Shown: positions 18,204 to 27,220 of the stretch, in pieces | How the letters are laid out: each line of letters starts with the position of its first letter | Position numbering within the stretch: the stretch's first letter is position 1 | DNA from: Minisyncoccia bacterium | GTDB taxonomy: Bacteria > Patescibacteriota > Minisyncoccia > Phycocordibacterales > UBA9973 | Length of the DNA: 64,000 nucleotides | NCBI GenBank assembly: GCA_038249055.1 | Contig: JBBRWS010000001.1 | Coordinates: 14,244-78,243 of the forward strand | Direction of reading: 5' to 3' | Made by a program: the position numbers and the translations under genes | Notes under the pieces: generated by a model | The model's input: only the letters and a program-made list of their open reading frames with translations | What the model was told of the DNA's origin: nothing | Database searches by the model: none

Positions 18204-19634
18204 ATGAAAATATTAAGCGAAGTATTAGAAAATATAAAAGTAATAGAAAGTCATGGTAATCTTGAAACCCGTATATCTTCGGTATCACTTAATTCAAAAA
18301 TGATTGAACCTAGGTCTTTGTTTGTGGCTATTGCTGGTAATATGGTAGATGGTCATTTTTATATAGATGAAGTTATTGAAAAAGGAGCAACTGCTATTGT
18401 TTACGAGCGCGACCCCTCAGAATTTAAAAGCGGTGTTACTTATATTAAAGTAGCTGATACTCATAGTGCAGTGGGAATAATTGCGGATAATTTTTATGGT
18501 AATCCATCCAGTAAATTAAAATTAATAGGAGTGACTGGTACAAATGGTAAAACAACTACAGCCACGCTATTACATCAACTTTTTCGAGATTTAGGTCATA
18601 AGGCTGGAATGATTGGAACAATAGTAAATAAAATAAATGATGAATCTTTTGAATCAGTTAGAACAACTCCAGACCCAATAAATTTAAATAGATTATTGGC
18701 TGAAATGAACGACGCTGGTTGTGAATATTGTTTTATGGAAGTTTCATCACACTCTGTATGTGAAAAGAGAATAGAAGGTCTTACTTTTGCGGGTGGAATA
18801 TTTACAAATCTTACACTAGATCATTTGGATTATCATAAAACTTTTGAAAATTATTGTGATGCCAAAAAAAGTTTTTTTGATATATTACCTGCGTCTTCAT
18901 TTGCGGTTGCAAACATAGATGATGATAAAGGAGAATATGTGCTAAGTTCTACAAAGGCAAAGAAATATACTTTTAGTTTAAAAAAAGAAGCGGATTTTAA
19001 TGAAAGATTAGAAAGTAAACTTATAGGTGAATTCAACGCATATAATATTTTGGGAATTTATGCTGTAGCTGTTTTACTTCTATATGGAGATAAACCTGCC
19101 CGACTTGGTAGTCATTCAGGCGGGGAAAAAGTGAAAGAAGTTATAAAAAGTTTGGAATCTGTCGCTGGACGTTTTCAATATATAAAAAGTGAAAGTGGTG
19201 TAACTGGTATAATAGATTATGCTCATACTCCAGATGCACTTCTAAATGTTTTAAAAACAATAAATGGAATGAAAGGTGATAATAAAGTTATATCAGTTAT
19301 TGGTTGCGGGGGGGATCGTGATAAAAGTAAACGTCCAATAATGGCAAAAATTGGTTATGATATGAGTGACATTCTTATTCTAACATCAGATAATCCTCGT
19401 ACTGAGAAACCAGAAGATATTTTAAATGATATGCAAAAAGGTTTACCTCTTGATGGTCTTGATAAAGTAGAAATAATAATTGATAGACATGTAGCCATAA
19501 AAAAAGCTTGTACATTTGCAAAACCTGGTGACTTTATGCTTGTAGCGGGGAAGGGGCATGAAAATTATCAAGAAGTAAATGGTGTTAAAACACATTTTGA
19601 TGACATGGAAGAATTGCAGAAAAATTTGAAATAA
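18204..19634 (+). CDS. murE: UDP-N-acetylmuramoyl-L-alanyl-D-glutamate--2,6-diaminopimelate ligase MurE (DNPR motif, meso-DAP type)
   Basis: GVTGTNGKTTT, DNPRTE motif, Mur ligase length. Confidence 0.9.
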   Translation: MKILSEVLENIKVIESHGNLETRISSVSLNSKMIEPRSLFVAIAGNMVDGHFYIDEVIEKGATAIVYERDPSEFKSGVTYIKVADTHSAVGIIADNFYGNPSSKLKLIGVTGTNGKTTTATLLHQLFRDLGHKAGMIGTIVNKINDESFESVRTTPDPINLNRLLAEMNDAGCEYCFMEVSSHSVCEKRIEGLTFAGGIFTNLTLDHLDYHKTFENYCDAKKSFFDILPASSFAVANIDDDKGEYVLSSTKAKKYTFSLKKEADFNERLESKLIGEFNAYNILGIYAVAVLLLYGDKPARLGSHSGGEKVKEVIKSLESVAGRFQYIKSESGVTGIIDYAHTPDALLNVLKTINGMKGDNKVISVIGCGGDRDKSKRPIMAKIGYDMSDILILTSDNPRTEKPEDILNDMQKGLPLDGLDKVEIIIDRHVAIKKACTFAKPGDFMLVAGKGHENYQEVNGVKTHFDDMEELQKNLK

Positions 19635-19642
19635 AATAAACT

Positions 19643-19670
19643 ACGCATATAAGCCATGGTGTATATGCGT
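19643..19670 (+). terminator. Hairpin acgcatata-agccatggtg-tatatgcgt after murE
   Basis: 9-bp perfect stem. Confidence 0.5.
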
Positions 19671-19691
19671 AAAAAGATATTTTAATCTAAA

Positions 19692-21026
19692 ATGAAAAAT
19701 TATAAACAACATTTTAAAGGAAAGAAGATTACTGTGATGGGGCTTGGTCTTTTGGGTCGTGGTATTGGATACACTAAATTTTTATCTGAATGTGGTGCGG
19801 ACTTGATAGTTACAGATTTAAAAACAAAAGAACAACTCGTATCTTCAATAAAAGCTTTGAAAAAATTTAAAAATATTAAATTTATACTTGGCGAACATAG
19901 ACTGGAAGATTTTAGAGATAGAGATATGATTATAAAAGCTGCTGGGGTACCACTTGATTCTATTTATATAAAAGAAGCAAAGAAAAATAATATCCCAGTT
20001 GAAATGGATGTATCTCTCTTTGCTAAATGTGCACCTAAGGTGGTAATAATTGGTGTTACAGGAACAAGAGGTAAATCAATGACAACTACACTTATATATG
20101 AAATATTAAAAGCTAATGAAAAATTTTTAAACAAGAATGTTTATGTTGGGGGTAATCTCCGTGGAGTAGCAACTTTACCTTTACTTAAAAAGGTAAAAGA
20201 AGGGGATATTTTAATTTGTGAACTAGACTCTTGGCAGTTACAAGGTTTTGGTGAAGCAAAACTTTCACCGCATATTTCTATATTCACATCATTTATGCCT
20301 GATCATATGAATTATTATAAAGATAATATGGAAAAGTATTTTGATGATAAGGCAAATATTTACAAATATCAAAAGGAAAATGATATTCTTATTATTCGTC
20401 CTAAAATGAAAAAATTAATTCCTCCAAATATTAAAAGTAAATTGATAGTTATAAATAAAAAAGAAATAGAAAGTTGGAAATTTATTGTTCCTGGGGAAAA
20501 TCAAAGAGAAAATTTAGCTTGTGCCGTAAAGGTTGCAGAACAATTTGATATCCCTATATCTAAGATTAAAAAAGCTGTGGAAGATTTTAAGGGTCTTGAA
20601 GGACGCATGCAATTATTGAGTTCTTATAAAGGAATTAAGATTTATAATGATAATAACGCTACTACACCAGAGGCAACAATTTCGGGAATTGAATCATTAA
20701 AAAGTGAAAAGAAAAATATTATTTTAATTTGTGGAGGTGCAGATAAAAATCTTCCGTTAGATAATTTTGTAAAACTTATAAATAAAAACTGTAAAACTAT
20801 AGTGTTAATTCCTGGGACAGGGACTGATAAGCTAATTAATAATTTTAACTTAAAAATTAAAAATGAGATAGGTAAAGATTTAAAAGATGTAGTACAAAGA
20901 GCTGTTAAACATACAAAGAAAGGAGATATTATTTTATTCTCTCCAGCTTTTGCTTCTTTTGGTATGTTTAATAATGAATACGAACGCAATGATCTTTTTA
21001 TGAAGATTATAAAAAATTTGAAATAA
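19692..21026 (+). CDS. murD: UDP-N-acetylmuramoylalanine--D-glutamate ligase MurD
   Basis: KKITVMGLGLLGRG N-terminal Rossmann, GVTGTRGKSMTTTLI. Confidence 0.9.
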   Translation: MKNYKQHFKGKKITVMGLGLLGRGIGYTKFLSECGADLIVTDLKTKEQLVSSIKALKKFKNIKFILGEHRLEDFRDRDMIIKAAGVPLDSIYIKEAKKNNIPVEMDVSLFAKCAPKVVIIGVTGTRGKSMTTTLIYEILKANEKFLNKNVYVGGNLRGVATLPLLKKVKEGDILICELDSWQLQGFGEAKLSPHISIFTSFMPDHMNYYKDNMEKYFDDKANIYKYQKENDILIIRPKMKKLIPPNIKSKLIVINKKEIESWKFIVPGENQRENLACAVKVAEQFDIPISKIKKAVEDFKGLEGRMQLLSSYKGIKIYNDNNATTPEATISGIESLKSEKKNIILICGGADKNLPLDNFVKLINKNCKTIVLIPGTGTDKLINNFNLKIKNEIGKDLKDVVQRAVKHTKKGDIILFSPAFASFGMFNNEYERNDLFMKIIKNLK

Positions 21027-21030
21027 TTTT

Positions 21031-21594
21031 ATGAGTAATCCATTAGAACTGTTAGAGGTGGTAGATGATAATGACAATGTCATAAGGATTGAGACAAAAG
21101 AAAAAATTCATGAAGATGAGTTGCTTCATCGTGATGTCCATATTTGGTTTATAACCCCTAATGGAGAAATGGTTTTTCAACATAGGTCAAAAAATAAAAA
21201 TCTATTACCAGATAAGTTGGATTCAACAGTTGCTGGTCACGTAGAATTAAATGATTCCTATGAAAAGACCGCGATTAAGGAGTGTAAAGAAGAGACTGGT
21301 ATAGATATAGATGTTAATAAACTTGTGTTTTTAATAAAAAAGAAAAAAAGTGCAGTCAATCATGTTAATGGAAAATCTCATAATACTATAGGCGTTTTGT
21401 ATGTGTATTTGTACGAAGGCAAAATAAGTGATTTAAAAGTAGAAAAAGATGACGGGGAAGGTTTTGAGCTTTGGAAGATTGATGAATTGCCTCATCTCTC
21501 TCTAGAAGATAAATCTAAATTTATTCCAGAAATTCTTTGTGAAGAAATGTTTATTCTTTTTAATAAAGCAAAAAATATTTTTAATATAAAATAA
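21031..21594 (+). CDS. Nudix hydrolase
   Basis: Nudix-box-like GHVELNDSYEKTAIKECKEETGI. Confidence 0.65.
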   Translation: MSNPLELLEVVDDNDNVIRIETKEKIHEDELLHRDVHIWFITPNGEMVFQHRSKNKNLLPDKLDSTVAGHVELNDSYEKTAIKECKEETGIDIDVNKLVFLIKKKKSAVNHVNGKSHNTIGVLYVYLYEGKISDLKVEKDDGEGFELWKIDELPHLSLEDKSKFIPEILCEEMFILFNKAKNIFNIK

Positions 21595-22043
21595 TGAAAA
21601 ACAAAAATAAAAAAACAATAGTTATTTGTTCAAGTGCTTCTTTTTATACTCAAGCCGTTGAAATAGAGAAGCAGTTAAAAATTTTGGGTTTTAAAGTCAA
21701 GATTCCATTAGTAGCTAATAAAATGAAGAAAAGCGGAGATTTTAATGTTGATACATATAAAACTTGGAACGAAAGACCAGAAGATTATAAAATAAAATCA
21801 TATCTTACAAAGAAGCATTTTATTGAAATAGAAAAAGGTGATATTGTTTTAGTTTTGAATTATAAGAAAAATGTGAAAGACGGATATATTGGCGGGGCTG
21901 TTTTATGTGAAATGGCGATTGCTTTTTATCTTAAAAAACCTATTTACATATTAAATAAAATAGATGAAAGTTCTTCTCTTAAAGAAGAAATTTATGCGAT
22001 GTCCCAAAAAATAATTAATGGCGATTTATTAAAAATTAAATAA
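21594..22043 (+). CDS. Nucleoside 2-deoxyribosyltransferase-like protein
   Basis: C-terminal GGAVLCEMAIAFYLKKPIYIL resembles G..FE.G.A.A.GKP motif of the family; weak. Confidence 0.4.
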   Translation: MKNKNKKTIVICSSASFYTQAVEIEKQLKILGFKVKIPLVANKMKKSGDFNVDTYKTWNERPEDYKIKSYLTKKHFIEIEKGDIVLVLNYKKNVKDGYIGGAVLCEMAIAFYLKKPIYILNKIDESSSLKEEIYAMSQKIINGDLLKIK

Positions 22044-22047
22044 TAAT

Positions 22048-22656
22048 ATGAAAAAACAAATTATTTTTATCAGGGGAGGGGAAACTTTTGCTAATAAAGA
22101 AGATTTTTATACTTTTCTTAATACAACAGATATTAATCCATACGAAAACAAAAAACATTGGAGAGATGAAGTTATTGAAAAAATAGCAGAAACTTATGAC
22201 CCTTTGGTTCCCAATATGCCATTGAGAGAAAATTCGGATTATAAAGCTTGGAAAATTTGGTTTGATAGACATTTGGATTTTATATATGACGAAAGTCCTA
22301 TTCTTGTTGGAACTTCATTGGGTGCTACTTTTTTATTAAAATATTTATCTGAAAATGGTTTTTCAAAAAAAATTTCTCAATTACATTTAATGGCTCCTTG
22401 TGTTACAGATGAAGGGCAACAACTAGAGAAACTTTCAACTTTTGAGTTTGATGTAACTAAAATAAATAAGATTTCTAATCTTTGTAAAGATATTCATTTA
22501 TGGCATTCAAAAGATGATAAATTTGTGCCATTTAAAAATTCGGAAATTGTTAAAGAGAATCTCCCAGATGCTTTCTTCCATATTCTTGAAGATAAAGGTC
22601 ATTTTAACATAGAATCGTTTCCTGAAATATTGGAAGTTATAAAAAAAGTTAATTAA
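22048..22656 (+). CDS. Alpha/beta serine hydrolase, YdeN/RBBP9-like
   Basis: GTSLG nucleophile elbow, 202 aa. Confidence 0.5.
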   Translation: MKKQIIFIRGGETFANKEDFYTFLNTTDINPYENKKHWRDEVIEKIAETYDPLVPNMPLRENSDYKAWKIWFDRHLDFIYDESPILVGTSLGATFLLKYLSENGFSKKISQLHLMAPCVTDEGQQLEKLSTFEFDVTKINKISNLCKDIHLWHSKDDKFVPFKNSEIVKENLPDAFFHILEDKGHFNIESFPEILEVIKKVN

Positions 22657-22660
22657 TTTT

Positions 22661-23290
22661 ATGAAATTAATTCTTTCTTCAGACGGTAGTTTTTTGCTCA
22701 AATATGGATATGGACTAACTGGTATTCCAAAAGATCAGATGAGAATTGGCTATATTACAACTGCTTACAAGGTTTCTCGTAATAATTGGGATTTTTTTGA
22801 TAATTATAAAAATAAAGTCATAAAAGAAGGATATAATCTTGAAGAAATAGATATTGAAGACAAAAGCGAAGAAGAATTAAGAATTTTTTTTAAAGATAAA
22901 AATGTAATTCACATAGAAGGCGGAAATACTTTTTATTTGTTAAAAGTTATAAAAGAAACTGGTTTTGATAAAATTCTTAAAGAATTATTGGAAGAGGGTA
23001 GAGTCTATATTGGAACAAGTGCTGGAGCTTATGTTGCTTGTCCTACCATAGAAGTTTCTACTTGGAACGAAGATGGAAAGGATAGATTTGGGATTACAGA
23101 TTTTAATGCATTAAATTTAGTTCCATTTGTTTTAAAAGTTCATTATAAAGATGAACAAAAAGAAAAAGTGAAATTAAATATGAAAAATTGTAAATATCCT
23201 ATTAGAATATTAAGGGATGGACAAGGTATAATAGTAGATGATACTAATTATATATTTTCAGGTGATGGGGAAGAATTAATTTTAAATTAA
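22661..23290 (+). CDS. Peptidase E-like (S51 family / class I glutamine amidotransferase-like)
   Basis: IHIEGGNTFYLL and YIGTSAGA motifs. Confidence 0.6.
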   Translation: MKLILSSDGSFLLKYGYGLTGIPKDQMRIGYITTAYKVSRNNWDFFDNYKNKVIKEGYNLEEIDIEDKSEEELRIFFKDKNVIHIEGGNTFYLLKVIKETGFDKILKELLEEGRVYIGTSAGAYVACPTIEVSTWNEDGKDRFGITDFNALNLVPFVLKVHYKDEQKEKVKLNMKNCKYPIRILRDGQGIIVDDTNYIFSGDGEELILN

Positions 23291-23398
23291 AACTTGTCCC
23301 GTACTAAATTTACGGTTAGTAAAAAGTTTTAAAAATATGTTTACAACATAAAGTCGTGATAAAAAATAATTAATATTAAAAATTTTAGTACGGGGATG
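23291..23398. repeat. Junction stem-loop element C, copy C1: arms cttgtcccgtactaaattt / aaattttagtacggggatg, right arm ends at start codon of next gene
   Basis: ~15-bp inverted repeat with ~65-nt AT-rich loop; loop ~85% identical to copy at 24437-24536. Confidence 0.6.
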
Positions 23399-23905
23399 TA
23401 TAAAAGAATTATAATTTTTGGTGGAGGTGGATCTGGAAAATCTACTCTCGCAAATAGAATCGGTCTTTATACTGGTTATCCTGTGTATCATTTGGATAAT
23501 ATACTTTTAAATTCTGATTGGAGTATAAAAGATAAAAATGATTGGGAAGAAATAAGTAAGCAGTTTCTGTTAAGAGATACTGGGGTTGTTGATGGTAATT
23601 ATTCATCATCCTTACCTAATAGATTAAGTTGGGCTGATTTGGTTATTTATATTGATATTTCAACTAGAGTTCAATTATGGCGTATTTTTATAAGAAATAT
23701 TAAAATAAGAGTTGGAATAGATAAAAGACATGGGTTCCCTGATGGTTCAAAAGAAAAATTAAGTTTTAAATTTATTTCATGGGTGTATCATTGGAATTCA
23801 TCTCATCGGGTTAAAATGTTTTCTTTGTTAGAATCTATAGAAGATAAAAAAGTTTTAATTATTAAAGAACCAAGAAAATTAGATTTAAAAAAATTATTTA
23901 ATTAA
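23396..23905 (+). CDS. P-loop NTPase, FlaR/topology-modulation-protein-like kinase
   Basis: IIIFGGGGSGKSTLANR Walker A at N-terminus, ~170 aa. Confidence 0.5.
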   Translation: MYKRIIIFGGGGSGKSTLANRIGLYTGYPVYHLDNILLNSDWSIKDKNDWEEISKQFLLRDTGVVDGNYSSSLPNRLSWADLVIYIDISTRVQLWRIFIRNIKIRVGIDKRHGFPDGSKEKLSFKFISWVYHWNSSHRVKMFSLLESIEDKKVLIIKEPRKLDLKKLFN

Positions 23906-23916
23906 ATAAAATTATA

Positions 23917-24024
23917 CTTGCCCCGTACTAAATTTTCGATTAAGTTAGATATAATTTTAAAAATAAATTATTAATAAAATATTAGATATAAATATATGAT
24001 AAATAATAAAAATTTTAGTACTGT
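23917..24024. repeat. Junction stem-loop element C, copy C2: arms cttgccccgtactaaatttt / aaaattttagtactgtggtg
   Basis: Same inverted repeat as C1; right arm lies inside the annotated N-terminus (MINNKNFSTVV) of the next ORF. Confidence 0.6.
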
Positions 24025-24424
24025 GGTGAAAACAATTTTAGTTGATGCGGTGTTTTGTTTTATTATAGAAAAAGAAGAGGGTAAATTTGAGATTTTTCAA
24101 GATATGTATAAATTACTTGAAACATATCCAAATAAAAAAATAATTCTTACTGGTGCGAGTGATGATAAAAGAGAGCTATATGGTTTGGATAAAATGCCTT
24201 ATGAGGTTTTTACTTTAAAGCATAATCCAGAAAAAACAGACCCAGAATATTATAAAATTTTATTAAAGAATTTTGATTTAAATAAAAATGATGTAATATA
24301 TTTTGAGCATGATATTAACGCAGTAAAAAGTGCTCAATCTTTAGGAATAAATACTTATCACTATGATAATGATATAAAAGACCTGGAAAGTCTTAAAAAG
24401 TTTATAGATGAAAACTTAAAATAA
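23996..24424 (+). CDS. Hypothetical protein (possibly HAD-like); true start may be the GTG at ~24023 directly after the repeat arm
   Basis: ORF; N-terminal 9 codons encoded by repeat element C2. Confidence 0.35.
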   Translation: MINNKNFSTVVKTILVDAVFCFIIEKEEGKFEIFQDMYKLLETYPNKKIILTGASDDKRELYGLDKMPYEVFTLKHNPEKTDPEYYKILLKNFDLNKNDVIYFEHDINAVKSAQSLGINTYHYDNDIKDLESLKKFIDENLK

Positions 24425-24436
24425 TATACTTCTTTC

Positions 24437-24536
24437 TAAATTTTTGATTAGTAAAAAATCTTGAAAATATGTAGTATGTATAATATAAGGATGTGTTAAA
24501 AATAATTAATATTAAAAATTTTAGTACTGGGATGGA
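24437..24536. repeat. Junction element C, copy C3 (left arm degenerate), immediately upstream of murC start
   Basis: ttagtaaaaaatcttgaaaatatgt...taaaaataattaatattaaaaattttagtactgggatgg about 85% identical to C1 interior and right arm. Confidence 0.55.
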
Positions 24537-25854
24537 ATTAGATTTATCAAAAATTAAAAATGTGCACTTTATAGGTATTGGAGGAATAGGTATTTCAGCG
24601 ATTGCCCGTATGATGCTTCATGATGGAAAAATAGTAACTGGGCAGGATATGCAAGAAGGAGAAGTGGTAAAAGAGCTTATTAAACTTGGAGTTGATATAA
24701 AAATAGGGCAATCATATGAAAATATACCCTTAGATACTGATTTAATAGTTTATACTATTGCAATAGATACTTATGACTCAGATTTGGCTTTAAAAATAAA
24801 AACTCAAACAGAAATTCCAGTTCGTTCATATCCTCAAATGCTTGATATTATAAGTAAGGATAAATATACAATTGCGGTTTCGGGAACTCATGGAAAGACA
24901 ACTACAACAGCTATGATTGCCCAAATTCTGCGTGGAGCGGAATATGATCCAACTGTAATAGTTGGAAGTTTACTTGTGGGTGAAAAAAGTAACTTTATTG
25001 CTGGAGATAGTAAATATTTGGTTGTTGAAGCATGTGAATATAGAAGGTCATTTTTAAATATAAATCCTAAAATTTTGGTTATTACTAATATTGATAATGA
25101 CCATTTAGATTATTATAAAGACATAGAAGATATTAAGAGCGCATTTCACTCGATGGCTTTGAAAGTACCAGAAGATGGATATGTAATTTGTAATCCAGAG
25201 GATAAAAATATCGCTGATGTGATAAAAGATATTAATGCTAAAGTTGTAAATTATAATGATTTTTTTAATGTAAATTTAAAGTTGAAAATTCCTGGAATTC
25301 ACAATAAAAAAGATGCAGCAGCAGCGATTACAGTAACCACAATCCTAGGTGTTTCTATTGTTGACTCAGAAAAATATATCGGCGAATTCCCAGGGACCTG
25401 GAAACGATTTGAATTTAAAGGCACTTTATCTCAGGGTTCACTCTTGTATGATGATTATGCTCACCACCCTACAGAAATAAAAGCAACACTTGAAGGATTT
25501 AGAGAATTATATCCCAAGAAAGATAAATGGATAATTTCTGTTGTTTTTCAACCTCATTTATTTAGTCGTACAAAATTACTTTTATATGATTTTGCAAAAA
25601 GTTTTAAAGAAGCCGATGAAGTTATCATTTTACCAATTTATTATGCAAGAGAAACTGACGACGGGACTATAAGCTCAGATATTTTATGCTCGGAGATAAA
25701 TAAAATTAGTAACAATTCTAAATCTTTTGAAAACTTTGAAAGTGCAGAAATATATTTAAAAAATAATCTTTTAAAAATGGATAATAAAAATATTATAATT
25801 ACTATGGGGGCAGGTGATGCTGGAGATGTTGGGGACTCTCTTTTAAAAGGATAA
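24532..25854 (+). CDS. murC: UDP-N-acetylmuramate--L-alanine ligase MurC (start placed at ATG of MELDLSKIKNVHFIGIGG; the ORF-track GTG start at 24493 lies in repeat C3)
   Basis: VHFIGIGGIGISAIA, GTHGKTTTTAMIAQIL. Confidence 0.9.
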   Translation: MELDLSKIKNVHFIGIGGIGISAIARMMLHDGKIVTGQDMQEGEVVKELIKLGVDIKIGQSYENIPLDTDLIVYTIAIDTYDSDLALKIKTQTEIPVRSYPQMLDIISKDKYTIAVSGTHGKTTTTAMIAQILRGAEYDPTVIVGSLLVGEKSNFIAGDSKYLVVEACEYRRSFLNINPKILVITNIDNDHLDYYKDIEDIKSAFHSMALKVPEDGYVICNPEDKNIADVIKDINAKVVNYNDFFNVNLKLKIPGIHNKKDAAAAITVTTILGVSIVDSEKYIGEFPGTWKRFEFKGTLSQGSLLYDDYAHHPTEIKATLEGFRELYPKKDKWIISVVFQPHLFSRTKLLLYDFAKSFKEADEVIILPIYYARETDDGTISSDILCSEINKISNNSKSFENFESAEIYLKNNLLKMDNKNIIITMGAGDAGDVGDSLLKG

Positions 25855-25971
25855 ATATTCATTGTGGTATAATACACGAGTATCTGAACTTTTAGGTAGG
25901 TGGCTTTTTTAAGTAAATTATAAAATATAATAAAGAAATGATTAATTCATAATGTCATTTTTATTAAATAA

Positions 25972-26802
25972 ATGAAAAATTTTTTTCTCTCTCTGGTCAT
26001 TCCAATATATATTTTTACAGCTATACCAGTTTTTGCTGGTGAGCTTATTAATTCAGGGTTTATCCCTGGTCAAATTTGGTATTCAAAAGATACTTTAATT
26101 GAAGGTGATACTGTAAATATACATTCTGCTGTTTGGAATGGAGAAAAGGAGTCAATTATAGTGAAGATTGAATTTTACGATAAAAATGTAATTTTGGGGA
26201 ATAGGGAAGTTGTTGTAAATTCGATGGAGTTAAGGGATATTTATGTACCATGGAAAATTACATCTGGAGATCATGTTATATCAGCAAAGATTATTTCATC
26301 ATTGGTGACCATTTCTGGGAAAAAAGAAACAGTTTTATTAGAAAGAAACACAACTTCTAATGATAGACAATTTATAGAGGTCGTAGTTAAAAATAGTCTT
26401 GGTGAATCTGTATCTCAAACAGATGCATTAAAAAATCAAATAGGTAGGACAACTTCTGAAATAAGTAATATTGTTCCCGAAGAAGTAAGTACGACAATTT
26501 CGGGTGGTTTTTTGAGTATAGATAATTTACGTGATAAAACTTTTACAAAAGTAGATTCTATAAGGAATGAAACTAAAAAAGAAATAAACTTACTAAATGA
26601 TAAAGAAATCGTTGTAAACAAAAATCCAGAAAATAAAAGTAGTATAGAAGATGCGACAAAGAAACCTATTACATATATTAAATTATTTTTATTTTCAATT
26701 CTTTCTTTTATTTTTGGTAGCAAGATAGTTTTTTATGGTTTCATAATAGCCATCTTATTTTACTTTTTTCGTTTTATTTATCGTAAAATAAGAAACAAAT
26801 AA
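25972..26802 (+). CDS. Hypothetical exported protein with C-terminal membrane anchor
   Basis: N-terminal signal-like helix, C-terminal hydrophobic segment; no recognisable domain. Confidence 0.35.
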   Translation: MKNFFLSLVIPIYIFTAIPVFAGELINSGFIPGQIWYSKDTLIEGDTVNIHSAVWNGEKESIIVKIEFYDKNVILGNREVVVNSMELRDIYVPWKITSGDHVISAKIISSLVTISGKKETVLLERNTTSNDRQFIEVVVKNSLGESVSQTDALKNQIGRTTSEISNIVPEEVSTTISGGFLSIDNLRDKTFTKVDSIRNETKKEINLLNDKEIVVNKNPENKSSIEDATKKPITYIKLFLFSILSFIFGSKIVFYGFIIAILFYFFRFIYRKIRNK

Positions 26803-26842
26803 TAGATTTGTCAATATATGTTTTTTACAGTATAATCTCATT

Positions 26843-27133
26843 ATGAAGAGGATAATTTTTGATATAATATTGTTTATTACTATATATATATTTCCTTGGT
26901 GGGTTGGGTTTTTACTGTTAATGGTAGGATTATTTTATTTTGATAATTTTTATGAATTTATAATTATTAGTGCAATTATTTACTCATTATATTCAGTTCC
27001 TGGTTTAGGAGTAATTTCTTCTTCGGTATTTTTCCCTTCAATTATTATTATTTTATATATTATTGTTCAATCTGTAAAAAATAATATTATTCATTATAAA
27101 AATGAATCGTATAGTATAAATAGAATTATTTAA
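26843..27133 (+). CDS. Small polytopic membrane protein (MreD-like by position upstream of PBP2; weak)
   Basis: Three hydrophobic helices; mreD-mrdA synteny is the only support. Confidence 0.3.
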   Translation: MKRIIFDIILFITIYIFPWWVGFLLLMVGLFYFDNFYEFIIISAIIYSLYSVPGLGVISSSVFFPSIIIILYIIVQSVKNNIIHYKNESYSINRII

Positions 27134-27220
27134 AAAACAAACACAATCAGTATATTATTTAAACTTTAATAAAATAAAAAGAGAAATGATTGAATCATAA
27201 CGTCATTTATCAATATTCGA

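Noticed and set aside
18851-20989. Antisense ORFs 18851-19036 (-) and 20642-20989 (-) within murE and murD
   Set aside because: Opposite strand of well-supported Mur ligase genes.
23291-24536. Integron attC sites at the gene junctions
   Set aside because: Arms do not carry the attC R''/R' GTTRRRY core and no intI is present; kept as an unclassified junction element instead.
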